Positions 48,395-61,700 of a DNA stretch of 64,000 nucleotides are shown here, piece by piece. How positions within the stretch are numbered: position 1 is the first letter of the stretch; the number at the start of each line of letters is the position of its first letter. The notes beneath the pieces are model-generated. The model had not been told where the DNA came from, made no database searches, and saw only the letters and a program-made list of their open reading frames with translations. Origin of the DNA: Mobula hypostoma (taxonomy: Eukaryota); contig NC_086118.1 in assembly GCF_963921235.1 (NCBI RefSeq), positions 19,408,001 to 19,472,000 on the forward strand, written 5' to 3'. Made by a program: the position numbers and the translations under genes.

Positions 48395-49591
48395 CATCAT
48401 AGATGAGTATGGTCATTGCCCAGATCCAGGAATCATTGCTGTTATCTTAAATATGCCTCTGCTAGCACCTTACAATCATTTTTGGGCATGAACAGTCATT
48501 ACTGATTATTCCTCCCGGCAATGGATAGGCCCTGCACAACAAGGGTGCCACGTGGAAATGGTCCAAAGAATGCCACGAGGCTTTTGATCAGGTGAAGAAC
48601 ATGCTGTACTCCAACCTTCACTTGATGCATCTCAACTCAAAGGTGCCAGACGTAATTTGTGAAGGATCCGTCCAACTATGGGGTATGAGTGTCATATCCC
48701 ATATCTTCCCTGATGGCTCTAAGAAATGTGTCATGCATTCAGCCAGATTATTGACCACAGCAGAAAGGAACTATGGACAAATTGAGAAGAAAGTTTTGGG
48801 AATTATCTTGACTATGAAGAAATTCCACAACATGCATTATGGCAGAAGTTTTACTCTCCTTACTGATCAGAAACCACTGTTGTCCGTTTTTGGGATGAAT
48901 AAAAGCATCCTGGTGTACAGCGTAAACCAACTATAAAGGTGAGCAATGATGTTATTAACCTAGCCTACGATTTTGAAATCAAGTACACACCGGGAACTTG
49001 GTCAGACAGATCCCCTCTCCAGACCTATGAATCAGCAGGATACTGAACATGAAGATGCAGTTGTGGCTGTGGCATCAGTTGATCTCAAAGTTTACTGGGT
49101 TGTACTGGATGCAGCTGAAGGTTTTCTGGTCATGGTCAACAAAATCAGGGCAGAAACAGCTGCAGATCTTTTGTTCATCATATCTCTCAGATACCCCACT
49201 GATGGATGGCCAGTCAAAGTTGATGAAGATGTCGTAACCTTCTACTGACATTATACATCCCTCTTAACTGTGGTTTCCTGCCTAATGTTTGGAGACAGAA
49301 TAGTGATTTCATGAGCACTTCGACCAAAACTACTGAAACAATTCAACCGTGGTCACCTGGGCATCAACTGAAAGAAAGCCCTAGCAAGAAGACTTGTGTA
49401 CTCCATAGATGGAGATACCACATCTGTATGCAAGCAGTGTACTCAGTGCTTTTGACAGCAAAGAATCCCATGTAGAGCTGATCCACAGCTATGGCCTCAG
49501 CCTTCCGGACTTCACGTGACAACCACGAACTCTGCAACAAGAGCTTCATGCTAGTGTAGGTGGGCTACAGAACAGGTTTGGTATTCGTGGT

Positions 49592-52170
49592 TGTGAATAT
49601 ATATGTTCCAGCTAATTACTATTTAATTATGGTGGCATTTAGCTCCCTTCTTTTCATTCTAGTTGGCCTAAAGTTTATTGTTTTTCGTTTCCTTTAAATT
49701 CTGCAACAGTACTCATTAAAGTCAATGAACTACTGACTCACTTCAGTGTCTCTCTCTCTCCACGCTTGGGCCATATCTGAACGTGTTGACAGCAAGTCTC
49801 AACCATGAAAGTGGACCCAGAAAAGAGAGAGAACAGCTGACCTTGGCCCTGAGATTCATTGGCCAGGTAGGGGAGAAGTTGCAGGTGATTGAATCTGTGT
49901 TGGGAGAAGTGACCAAAGCAATACGACAGAAAACCTCACTTCCACAAGCCGAGTCTCAGCTGGAGGAACAGGTGTCATTCCTGGCAGCAATACTTCAACA
50001 GCTCACCACAAGCAATCATAATCAGGTGGCAGTGATCTCTGCTCTCACAGCCAGAGTCCATCAGCTTACAGCCGACAGCCAACGTCAGCTGACTGTGATT
50101 AGCGTTCTCACAAATGCAATTCAGCAGTCTTTGGCCATGTCAGTCCCACTTGCAGCATCTCATAGATCCTCCTCTTCTGTTGCCCAATAACTTCTGCTAC
50201 TAATGCCCCAGCTCCTGCGTCTGGACCAGAATTGACTTCCATGTATTGCTTTGCTGAGCAGATACTTTAACGACCCTGACTGCTGTAGGAATTTTATTAC
50301 TCAGTGTGAGCTGTGTTACGTACCCCGTAACTGGGTTGCCAAACCAGCAGAAATGGATCACTCAGTTGGAGTCTGGAGTACTAGAACTAAGAAAGTTTTA
50401 TTAAAGAAACAAGCAACACAGTAATCGAAAGGATAATAAATGCAACAGTTCAGCAATGATAAACACACGTGCACAGAATTAAGATAACAGCATCAATCAA
50501 GCTCTATCATTGTCTAGGGATAAATGACCAATTTCAAAGTGACCCAAAGTTCAGTCCAATTTAGTTCAGTTCGCAGTAATCGTTGCCATGGCGATGGACA
50601 ACGTGGGGGGGAGAGAGAGAGAGAGAACGGGAACGACTGATCATTCAGACACGGCTTCACTCACAGACTGGTGATATGGTTCACAAGCAGCTTTTGGGCA
50701 GGTCCTTGGTGATGTCACCTGAGGTCACCGACTGTGACCCCTCCTCCAGATGCGGTCGATCCTCTGCAGTGAACCCGGCACCCAAGCGAGGGTGGACACA
50801 CACCGGGTTCCCGCTGATCGTACCTTTCCACCCTGTGCGTTTAAGGTCCGATACTTCCCACCGACTCGTGAGAGGCGCACCGCTTCCAGGGTCTCATTAC
50901 CTCGGGTGTCGTGTGTCCTGCCTTAGCGATTCTGTCACTTTTTATCCCCCTGCTGGGGTATCGCCTGTCCATCACTTCAAATAGTTCAGGGTTCAAAGGG
51001 GGAGCCGCTCCAGACAGCTCTCTACACATCTCCAGGTGCTGTTTCATTGTGTCCCTTATCTCTCTCTTGAAGACAGGTGGCAGACCAACTGCTGATCACA
51101 CAGGACAGCTAACATCTTATCTATGTGTATTCGTCACAGCTGACTTTCCAAGCCCAGCCCAGTCTGTTTGATGATGATGTGCATAAACTGGCGTACATGG
51201 TAAATCTCCTGGATGGACCTCCACTCAAACTGTTCAACACTCTATGGGATCAAGGCTCCCCTGCATCCCAATTGTTTTCACAATTTGTTGCTGAGTTAAG
51301 GTGTTTTTGACCTTCCAGTAGGGGTCAGAAGGCTGCCCATCAACTCCTAGACCTGCACCAAGAGTGAGAGACAGTGAGAGACTATACAGTTAAATTCTGT
51401 ATGTTTGCCATGGACGCAGGATGGAATGAGCAATTCCTCATCACTGCCTTCCATCACAGACAGAACACAGATGTCCAACATGAGATTGCTATCCATGATG
51501 GGCAGGACAGTCTGGATGACCTGATTAATCTGGCCATTCAAGATAAGGGATGGGTAACTGAGTGGTGCAGGGAAAGAGTACCTTCCTACTCTTTGGATCA
51601 TCGTCTGTCTTCACCCTCTCCCTCATCACTCAGTACCCAGTCCACAGAGGAACCATTGCAAGTGGGGAAGCATATGCCTATCTCAGGAGGAATGAGATCA
51701 GCTCAGGAGAACTTTCCTTCCTCTGTTGTGGTGATCCAGGATATTTCCAAGCATCATGTCCCAAACATCCAGTAAATGTGGATACCTTTCAGCAGGGAGG
51801 GGAATTCTGTCATGTCAGTTCTCCCTGCAATTGCCTTCCCTTAATTTTGTGATGCTTCCAGCTTCCTTGTCATCGGGTTCTCAGACCCATGAACTTCACG
51901 CATTTATCAACTCAGGGGCAGCCAGGAATCTCATAGATATCGCTCTAGGGATTTCCGACTCAGAAATTGAGAGTAAAGATCAATGTCAAGCCCCTGGATG
52001 GTCAGCATCTGAGTACCAGTCAGATCCACCTTTCCACCAAACTCTTCCAACTTGTACTGGAAGGCAATCATAGGGAACAACTCTTCTTCTATCTGGTTGA
52101 TTCCCTGAGCTACCACTGGTGCTTGGTCTCCAGTGGTTATCCCGACATAACCCATGGATTGACCAAACCA
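49592..52170 (+). mobile_element. sushi-like Gypsy element (LTR 49592-49791, gag, protease), truncated
   Basis: FITQCEL/TFQAQP..KLAYMVNLLDG, VRDYTVKF..GWNE, CCGDPG..SCP, AFINSGAARNLID. Confidence 0.8.
50314..51138 (-). repeat. Solo LTR (825 bp)
   Basis: TGTTACG...CGTCACA termini; exact TSD gctg (50310-50313, 51139-51142) splitting gag QCEL/TFQAQP; AATAAA on minus strand near 50400. Confidence 0.9.
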
Positions 52171-54159
52171 AACTAACTACCAGTGCCAGGACGACTAAGG
52201 ACTGATAGCCAGTTATTCAAATCTAAATCAATCCTCGGCTCAAATCCTACAGATAATCTTCTTCAAGAGTGAGGTGTTATGGGTGAACTGAAACAACCAT
52301 GGTCTATTGGTCAGCTGACAGACCAATTCCAGGCTAACTTTCACTCATTGGTTGCTGAATAAACATTTATTTCATGTTCTGTCTTTGTTCTTTCTCCTGG
52401 TTTCAGGGCTCATCAGTAGTTATAGGTGAACAAACACAACAGTAATCATAAATAAGTCATGATTTTTAACTGTATGGTCATCACATATCAGGCACATAAG
52501 AAAATCACTATATCCCACAATCCCACCTAAGCCTGGTGTGGGCTCCCCAGGTAACACATTTTCACCCACCAAGTTGTTCCTTTTACCTAAAGGATATTGG
52601 TCATTCTTCCCATGGTTGAGGTATCTAACCGCATGATTTTTTTTTTAAAAAGGTCCGTCAACTTGAAAAATGCAGAGCAGAGATGATAAGTTTTATCCTG
52701 TATGTAAATAAGTGTAATATTGTAGGATGCATTTGAACATGCGTGTATCATTGTGTGCTTCTGCACAGTCAGACTAGAACCATGAGAAAAGCCAATATTA
52801 TCATGCCACTCTCTAATCTGGCATATCCAGTTAACTTCTCTGCATGTTACTTCACTTTGTACCAGGATCCCTCAAGAACTTTTACATTTCAAATTTCATT
52901 CTTTACCAAAATAGAAAACTTTTCCATCAATCATGAATGTCACTGCTAATTTCAAAATAGATCCTAATGCAGACAGTTGCAAAAAGCTTCCTGGGTGAAT
53001 ATTACTGCCAAATGACAATGGACAGTGATAAATGAGGTGTTCCTTAAAAATGTTTAACTTATATTAAAGTGCTGCAAACATTTGAATCGGATTACTTTAA
53101 AGCTGATTATCCTTTCACCTTGTTAACACAGTTTGTATGGTAGCAGGAGTAATGACTTCAGTAATATGGATGATATTAAATCCAATTCTTTCGTCTCTCT
53201 GGAATATATCTGCAGTGTCACACTAATCTAGATCTAATGTGGAGTCTCCCACCATCACTGCTTGGTCTACTAAGAGTTAGTTATGAAGTAATCTGAGTAA
53301 TTGCTGATGATAAAATTGAAAAGCTAAGAGGGATGCATGCAGAGAGAAAAGATAATTTAAAAATGATAATATAATCAAATGAATATGCATGGCATCATGA
53401 CATTTTCTTTCTTGGGTTATAAACATGGGGATTGCAGTTTATGCAAACTTAATGCAACACAAGAGAAGAACATTTGGCCCCTCCTGCCAGTTTCAGTTTT
53501 TTTGGAAGAGCTTTGCCCCTACTACTTTTTTTACCCTACTGGTTGGCAGATTCCCTTTAGTAGTCCATGGGAAAAGGAATTTGATATCTTTCTAAGTATT
53601 CAATGATCTTTGATAAGAATATATCTTCAGTGATGAAACAACTTGGTCTGAAATGTCATGGATTGGATATCAGTGGCTGGATTTCTTCAATGCTTGTTCA
53701 GTGTTTGTAATTAGAGAGTTGCCCGGTGATAATGTTTCCTGATTATTCATTCAGTTTTTGGAATGTTGGTATTATTTCAAGGCCCGTGTGGGTGGCATGC
53801 AAAAGAAGGTTTTCCCCTCTATTTCAGCGCACGTGACATTAAGAAACTAATTACCAATGATTAATTAGAAATAGATAATAACATAATGACTTTCCAATGG
53901 CAGTTTAACAATATTATGTGTCATTTTAATACTGTCTGTGAAAGTCTCATAAGAAATTGGTCCTCAGTTGCAACATTCTCAGGGCAGGGTTATTGAGTTT
54001 CTTCGTACAATGCCACACTGTCGGTTTACTGCAGAATATTCTATTGATCTGTTGATACTTCTGCTTAATCTTGTTCTTATCAGCATTTTGCCCCACAGCC
54101 ATGATCTCTGCAGCCAACTCTTAAAGGGAGATACCTCAATACAACCAATGTTCTTCCAG

Positions 54160-54346
54160 CTGCAGGGAAGGGTTTCTACTTCGTGAATGAATGCTGTAAT
54201 GATGGAAGGGGTGGGGGAAGCGTGTTTCCAGAGACCCGCGTCGAGCTGGAGCAATTGCTGAACAAAATTGCTCACAGGAGACAAGTTGATTGCAGGGAAA
54301 CTACAGCACTGGAACAAGGTGCTGCTTTTGGGAGACCCATGTCGCT
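54160..54346 (+). CDS. Candidate internal exon (AAGKGFYFVNECCNDGRGGGSVFPETRVELEQLLNKIAHRRQVDCRETTALEQGAAFGRPMS-L)
   Basis: Acceptor atgttcttccag, open in phase 1, donor CT/gtaaga; GC-richer than flanks. Confidence 0.4.
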
Positions 54347-54526
54347 GTAAGAAGTAAAATGGTAATTAATACATGTCCTATGAGAGCCTGCAAAGTTGGA
54401 ACATCCCCACAATATTTCCACTACCCCTGTGAAGGAAAGATAGATGAAAACTTCTCTCCTTGAGTATAGAATTCAGGTGGCTCCCTAATGCAGCAGTCAC
54501 TACCAAACAGTGAAATATGGCAGAAT

Positions 54527-56010
54527 GATCAGTATCAGAATCACTTTATTGTCAAACATACCAGAATTGATTGTGATTCAGTTCCAAGGATAAAACACAG
54601 GACAATACCATAACAGAAACAACAACAGCATCCAACATTTTACATGACTATAGTGCAACCAGCCATGGGCAATCAACAATTAGTGCAAATGTCAAAAATC
54701 AAACTTAAATAAATGTGAACATATGAATTTATAGGCATCCGTTAGCCTCATGAGACCATGATTTGCGCCTTGGAAGGTTTCCAGGGCACAGGCCTGGGCA
54801 AGGTTGTATGGAAGATCAGCAGTTGCCCATGCTGCAAGTCTCCTCTCTCCACGCCACCGATGTTGTCCAAGGGAAAGGCATTAGGACCCATACAGCTTGG
54901 CACCGGTGTCGTCGCAGGGCAATGTGTGGTTAAGTGCCTTGCTCAAGGACACACACGCTGCCTCAGCCAAGGTTCGAACTAGTAACCTTCAACTCACTAG
55001 ACGAACACCTTAACCACTTGGCCACGCGCCAACACAAACATATGAATAGATTTAATAATTAATCAACTGGAAAGACCATTTAATGGATGTTGTGCAGGGG
55101 CAGTTAGGGTATTACATCTGGGTGAGTTTTGTTGAGAAGCTGGATAGCTACAGGAAATAAACTTTGGACATGACGTGTAGTTCTGGTGGTGATGGACTTC
55201 TTTGATGGTAATTTGGTGAATAGGTGACTGCTAGGGTGGGTGGAGTCAGCAGTAGTTTTTCCAGCTCTTTTCTTTGTTCTGGTGCTAAACAGGTCTTTTA
55301 AAATCGGCAGCTGATGACCAATGATCATCTCTGCTGGGTGGAGCACTCACTGCAACCTGAACTTCGAGAGGGAAGAGGCAGCGGGAAACTGAACAGTGAT
55401 AGAGGTGGTTACAACACTCTCAGTGATGGCTGAGTGAAAATTCTGCAGGATATATCCTGAGATGTTAAGTTTCCTAAGCAGGCATAGGAAGAACAAACTC
55501 TGCTGGGCTTTCTTAGTGATGAACATAGCATGCTTGTCTCAATTCTGTGTATTGGTAATGGTAGTCCCCAGGAATTTGAATGGCTCAACCACTGACACTG
55601 CCTGACCATTAATTTCTAAGGGGGGGGGAGATAGGAGGTAGTTGGTGTAAGTCAATCCTCAGCTCCATTGTTGTGATAGCATTAAGCTCCAAGTTGTTAC
55701 ATGCACAACATACTGCAAGACAGCCTTTCTTTGATAGTAGGTCATATCATTATTAGAGATGGGGCCAACTACAGTCATGTCATCGGCAATCTTTAGGATT
55801 GGTCTGTGGAGGTACATTCATTGATAGAAGTTGAGAATGGGGCCATGAATAAATACAGTCCTGGGGAGTGCCAGTGTTTATAGACATTGGATCAGAGAAG
55901 TAGGAACCCACCCCTAGATACTGCTGTCTTCCTGCCATAAAGTTTGTAATTCACTGGCTGATACTCTAAGGTACAGTTAACTGGGTTAGCTTGCTGTAGA
56001 GCAACTTCTG
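54527..56010 (-). mobile_element. Rex1/Babar-like LINE fragment
   Basis: ADSTHPSSHLFTKLPS..SLFPVAIQLLN (55104-55346); TGTPQD and KIADDMTVVG remnants. Confidence 0.8.
54729..55036 (-). repeat. Full-length tRNA-derived SINE (V-SINE-like core)
   Basis: Head gtggccaagtggttaagg...agttcgaacc; tgtgtgtccttgagcaaggcacttaacc core; 11-bp TSD aacatatgaat (54718-54728, 55037-55047). Confidence 0.88.
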
Positions 56011-56389
56011 TCTACAGATGATGATCTACTTTGGAAAAAGACATGCTAGGGCAAATGAAAATCCCACAGAAATGTCAGCAGTCTATGAAATAAAGGGCTT
56101 GAAAATACTAAAAAAGATACAATATTAGACACGCTAAGTTTAAAAAGTTGCAACAGCATTGAAACTTTTTTTTGAGTCTTGTGAAGGAATTTCCAGGCCA
56201 TTATCCTACCATAAATTCCACTCTAGGCTATAAATTCTATTCTTCTCTCAGGCATCTGTATGAAACTGAACCGGACTGACTGGAAAATTGGTGTTCCACC
56301 TGAATAAAGATAACCTGTACACAACTTAACCATTCCAACACTGAGATTGATTATTTTCACTTCTATAAGATTACTCTTTCTGCCTTTAC

Positions 56390-56947
56390 TATTGCAACTA
56401 AAATGCTAATCCATCCTCTTTGGCATTTTGGTGTATGAAACTATCTTAATGCATTCCTCCATTGTTCTACCCTTGGAAAATTTGAGATTACCTGAATGTC
56501 TGTGGTCACCATAATCTTTTCTTTACCCTGTGCTTGCTGCTATATGTTCAAGAAAGTTTCATTTTAAAGTTCTCAGTCTTGTTTTCAAGCTCTCTACATG
56601 CCTCATCCCTCACTATCTAATCTCCTCTAGTTTACAACCATTCAAGGTGTCTGAACTCTTCAGATTCTGCACTTTGATCATTACCAGATACAGCTCCATC
56701 TCCATTAATGGTTATATATTCAGCCATCAAGACTTTCAGCCCTGGAATTCCTTTCCCAGGCTTCTCCACTTCTTTCCATCTCTCCCCCTTTAAGGCACTT
56801 AAACCTATGTTAATGGCCAAGCAAATCTTCTGTTATATCTTCATTATGTGTCTTGGAATTAAATTTTGCTTGTAACATTCCTAAGTGACATTGTGGAATG
56901 TTTTGCTACATTAAAGCGACTTAAAGAAACACAAGGCCCTGTTGTTG
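56390..56947 (+). mobile_element. Old L2 LINE 3' fragment
   Basis: HFKVLSLVFK..LIPHYL; 'pwns' region; 3' end ttttgctacattaaag...tgttgttgt. Confidence 0.6.
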
Positions 56948-58730
56948 TCAGGAATAGATCAATGTTACATTTCAGTTTTCTAGCCCACACAATTTACTTC
57001 ACATCTCTTTAAGTATATTGTAAAACTGACGTGTTTTACTGATGTATGCTTCCCCTGTCACTGCATGACGTGGTCTGGTCAACGTTAGGAGCCATTGCCA
57101 TTTCCCATCGTCTTAGCTAGGCTTCAATGGTAATTGAGTATGGCACATCTCAGTTTGTGCAAATCATCTCTTACTGAAACATACATAATTCCATCAGAGT
57201 TCAGGCTGGTACAATGACTTTACTCAGAATAATAGTGAAACTAATTGAACTTGTTTTTTTCAGTCTGCTGAATAAATTCCTTGATCCTGAATTGTTATAT
57301 TTCGCAATTGTAGAGGCACATTCCTTCAATTAACATTCAGAGAATTAAATTTATTTTTGTTGTTTTATCTTCCACTCAGTTTCTGCATTACTACCATTAA
57401 TTCTATCTCTTTGTTTTCTGTACATGATTTAAACCATGTACCTAATTTTAAAATAATATTTTCTTTTTCAGATTATTATATGTCAATGAATATTCTTCAT
57501 TGTGAATGTTTGAAGAGTCTCACCAGAACTTGACCTGTTTAAAAAGCATTGCAGATTGTCAGAGAAATAAAGAATTAAATGTAGAAATTCTCTGTGTGAT
57601 TCAGTATCACATTTTGTACTTAGTTAGTTAATCATGCTTCAGTTACAGAATATGAATTGTTTTAGTGTGCAGAAGCTAATTCAGAAATAATGGATTTGTG
57701 TTCCACTATTGTGTGAGTAATCTGAAGAAGAAATGATGAATAATTTAAACCTATTCTCACAATTCTGTTTTGCTTCTACTCTGCTACTAGTTTAAATTAA
57801 AACACGTATAAGGAAACACCATCCTCAAGACATAATAAATGGGCTAAGGGTAATATGTTACAGTAGTTTGTCTATTCTTACTGCATCAAAAGATGGAGAA
57901 AAAAAACAAAATCTTGTGTAAATTTCATGTCATTCTGGAACAGAAGTCAACATGATACATAGATGTTTGAAAAAGCTTTTTCTTTCCCAGGAGAATATTA
58001 AACTTGTATACATGTCCACAATTAGGTCTTCCCCGTACTTTTTCTCCCCTCTGCAATGAAACTGAACGACAGACTTTGCTTAAACTACTAAACCCTTCCT
58101 CCAATTGCAGTTACAATTTATCTAGTGGGTACAATGAATGTGTTGACGGATAATTCCTTCTGATGAAATTGCAAATTATATACAATAGGTTGTACAATCC
58201 TACATTATTTATTATTATTATGATTATTATTATTATTTCAAAGGTGTTTAATACTTTATCATTAAAAAGCTATTTAAGAAGGAAAACAATTCTTGCAATG
58301 TTATAGTGAGATCATAACCAACAGCATTAACAACTTGATTTTGGCTGTTTTCTTTCCCAACATAGAGTAAGTTTGTACCTTGTATAAAAGTAGCTGTTGG
58401 TACTCTTTTGCATTTATTATCATTCCCAAAATTAATGTCACTCATTGTATTTTCAGGAGTTTCAATGTTTGCCTGACGTTGCAATCTTATATCCAGGATA
58501 CAGGTGAAGCTCTTTGACAGCACAATAGAAAGCTAAATCTGCAATGTCTTGGATATATACATTGAGGCAAATTTTGCCATGTTAAATCCAGCAGGTCCAT
58601 TTGGCTTTCAAACACTAAAGTTCATTGAACCTCAGTCACCTTCACTATCATGACTGATGGTACGATATGTGTCATTTTGCCAAGATTCCAATGTCATTGT
58701 GCCATTGGAATCTTCAGTCGTGTCTGGTAT

Positions 58731-61700
58731 TGTAAAGGATTCAACTTTGTGCTTGCCAAACATCTCACCATGACTGTGGCCTTGAATGTAACAGAACTTT
58801 GATTTCTACTATGGGAATGCAACCATGAGAATGCAATACTACTGTGCGAACAACCATGGGAACATGAAAGTCAGCTGAACACAGGGATGGGACTCGTGAC
58901 AAGTGGTGACAAGTGATGATTGGTTCTGATTGGATGGTTTGAGATGCTGTTATGTATAGCTCTACCATTTTGGCACAGTCGGCAAAGGATCTGGCAGGTG
59001 CAATAGGAAGCAAAAATATTTACAAAAATGTTTAGAAATAAGAGCAGGAGGCATACCCCTCCACCCACCCCACCCCTTCCTGTGGTGGAGCAATAACTCT
59101 GCGGGGTTTGGCAGCCTGGCTAATTTGATGGCAGAGCATGGTGTGCCAATGACTTGGATGGACAAGCTGGGCCCCTGAGGGTGAGAGATGGGATACCATT
59201 TTATGTCCATACTAAAGGGGTCAGGGTTCTGAACAAGAGGGGGGCATTTTGGCTGCTAGCGGCCATCATTAAACAACAACACGTGACAATCTCTTAAAAA
59301 GAGGAGGAAATAAGGAATCTTAAACATGAGGTGGATGTAGTTAATCGGCGCTTCACAAGCGTGGCGGAGACCACCCTTTCAACACACACCCGGGCGAAGG
59401 AATGAAGGAAAAGAGTGTCAAAAATGCCTGACTCCTGCCCAAGATGAACTGAAGGTCTAATGGGTAGCCAGAACCAGCAAAGATCTGGGCTCTTACTTTA
59501 TGGGGCAATGACCCAGATACTTGGGATAAAGATATTTGCTTCAATGGTGGGGATTAGCAGGACAGGATGTAAAGCTGACTTCTGCCTTTGCCCCCCAGTC
59601 CTTGAAAGCACAACCAACTAGGGTTCCTACATCCACAAAAACATGGTCTGAGCAACCTCCCTTCAAATGGCCCTCAGCCTGCGCGGTCTCTCAACACTCC
59701 AGGAGAGTCCCACACCCCAGAACATTCAGTTAGAGGAAGAGCAGGAGTGCAGACCCAGAAGGATGACCAAAATAGTGAGTGAGGATTACTCGTTCAAGGA
59801 GTTGGTGGAGGTGGGGAATTGGTACAGACTGAAATCAGGAGAATCATCAGCAGCGTGGTTGTTAAGGATATGAGATGTGGGGGTTCTTGGAGGAGATAGT
59901 GGGGGAGGGACTAGACAAGGTCGTTACCTCCCTGAGGGAGGGTGGATGATCTATTAATCCCAACAAGAACCATGGCCCCAGTCAGAAGGAAAAGTAATGA
60001 GGGCAGCAGTCCACACCCCCCCCCCCACACACCTTTAAGAAGGAGACTAAGCATTTTGTGAAGCTACTCTGGATTTGGCAACAACATTTTCCCCACCTAA
60101 CAATAACACTGAGACCTCTATAGCAAGTGCCTTGGAAAAAGACCCTTTTTCTGTGGGGTTCTGACTAGTCTTTGAGCCTGCCAAACAGGCTGTTGAACAA
60201 GTCCGCCCCCTGGTCCCAAGACAACATGGGATACAAACTACCACTTCTCAAATGGCTGAATGGAGTCTGTGGCAGCAAATGAAAGGGCATCGGGTCCCTT
60301 GAGGTTTTGGACTAAGACCCTTCCTGGGGCTGCAACCAGATACAGTCCTTTTGAGAGACAGCTCTTGGCATTAGTCTGGGCCCTCTTAGCCAGCAAGCAT
60401 CAGACGGGCTCAGAGGTGGTGGTCTTCAGACCCTACCTACTCATCATGCAATGGCTGAAAGATGACTACAAAGAAGGCCGAGCTCAGCACTCTTCTATTG
60501 TCGGGGGGTGGAAGGAGTATGGAAATGGACAGAGACTCGACGGGTGGCACCGAGATGTGATGAAGCCAGAACAGCGGCAGTGATTTGTCCAATTTGCCAG
60601 CAAGTGAAGTTAATGGGATGGCCAGTGGGCCCCTGGGTACAGGGGCAAGCCGGATTTGGTAAGTGAACAAATTGAACTTCAAACCTGCACGTCAGGGAGG
60701 GTCCCCGATGTTCTGACATTTGAGAGTGTCTGTCCCTGCAAAACTAGAGGAAGTGGAATTAGAAGAGGAATTGGGGACGGCATGGGTACAGCAACCAACT
60801 AGGCTGCTAGGGGGTGGGGGTGGCTATGGGATTGTAGGCAATACATGGTGGGTAGTGCTTTTGGGAGGGCAGAGAATGCTGTCTGAACACCCAGCAATTA
60901 ACTAGAAGGAAGTAATAGTGTGTTTTCCTTCATTTCAGAGGTGACCATGATATTACTGTTGCTCCTTGCCACAACAGTGATGGTGATCTCGATTAACATA
61001 CCTTTCTCAGAATTTTCATATGAATATATTGTTGGGTGTGCTTCCTGATTTTGATGCACTCTGGCATGGGAGCACTGATTCCCATTCCTCTGAATGAAAT
61101 GTATGGAATGAATCCGTCATGGGACTGTAGAATGGGGTCTGTTTAAGGGATGGCATGTACCAACATATGATCAGAGTAAGAACAATGCACCAACATTGAA
61201 TGTAATACCATGAGCTGGGAATAATTTCCATTGCTGTTATGATAGGCAGGCTCAGATGGGGAATAGCTCGTGTCTCACTATGCACCTTAATGGCATAGAG
61301 CACTGTGGCATTACTATAGTGGTAACATAAATTTTGGGGAAGGCTTGTTTCCCCCATTCAAAGGCATGTACCGGGTGTGTGGCTCCCGGGCCTACACTTG
61401 GCTCCCCACGGGTTAGTCTGGCTGCTGTACTGGGATACGCTGTGCCATATGGTATGTGTATTGATGACCAGACTGATCACCCGACCCAAGTAAAAACATC
61501 AGGAAAGGGGTATCACAGATTGCTTTAACAAACACCTCCCTCCCATGGTACTGCCAAGTTATGAAGGTAGGTCATCCTGATGGCCTCTGACAGAATAGAA
61601 TGGTATTAGATTATATCTTGACAAAGTAATGAGGTACCTGTGCCATGATAGGCTAGGGATGTCATACATACATCCCTGATGAGTCAGAGAGTGTAATAGA

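Larger units (their letters stand above)
46340..52441 (+). mobile_element. Degenerate Gypsy (K02A2.6-like) element with nested insertions
   Basis: TFESWFKCY gag, CWNCG knuckle, QLDTASG protease, RT QLDLAEVY..Y.NDII, RNaseH AERNYGQIEK..TDQKPL, GHLG integrase start; PPT aagagtgagg then LTR 52275-52441 (tgttat...caaca). Confidence 0.75.

Noticed and set aside
57472..57501. Further exon of the candidate gene after acceptor ttttctttttcag
   Set aside because: Weak donor (T/gtgaat), with a stop immediately after in the required phase
58248..58730. Ig/TCR V-J-like remnant on the minus strand (DLAFYCAVK; FIQGTNL)
   Set aside because: Isolated short resemblances in different frames with many stops and no heptamer/nonamer; would need an HMM search to revive
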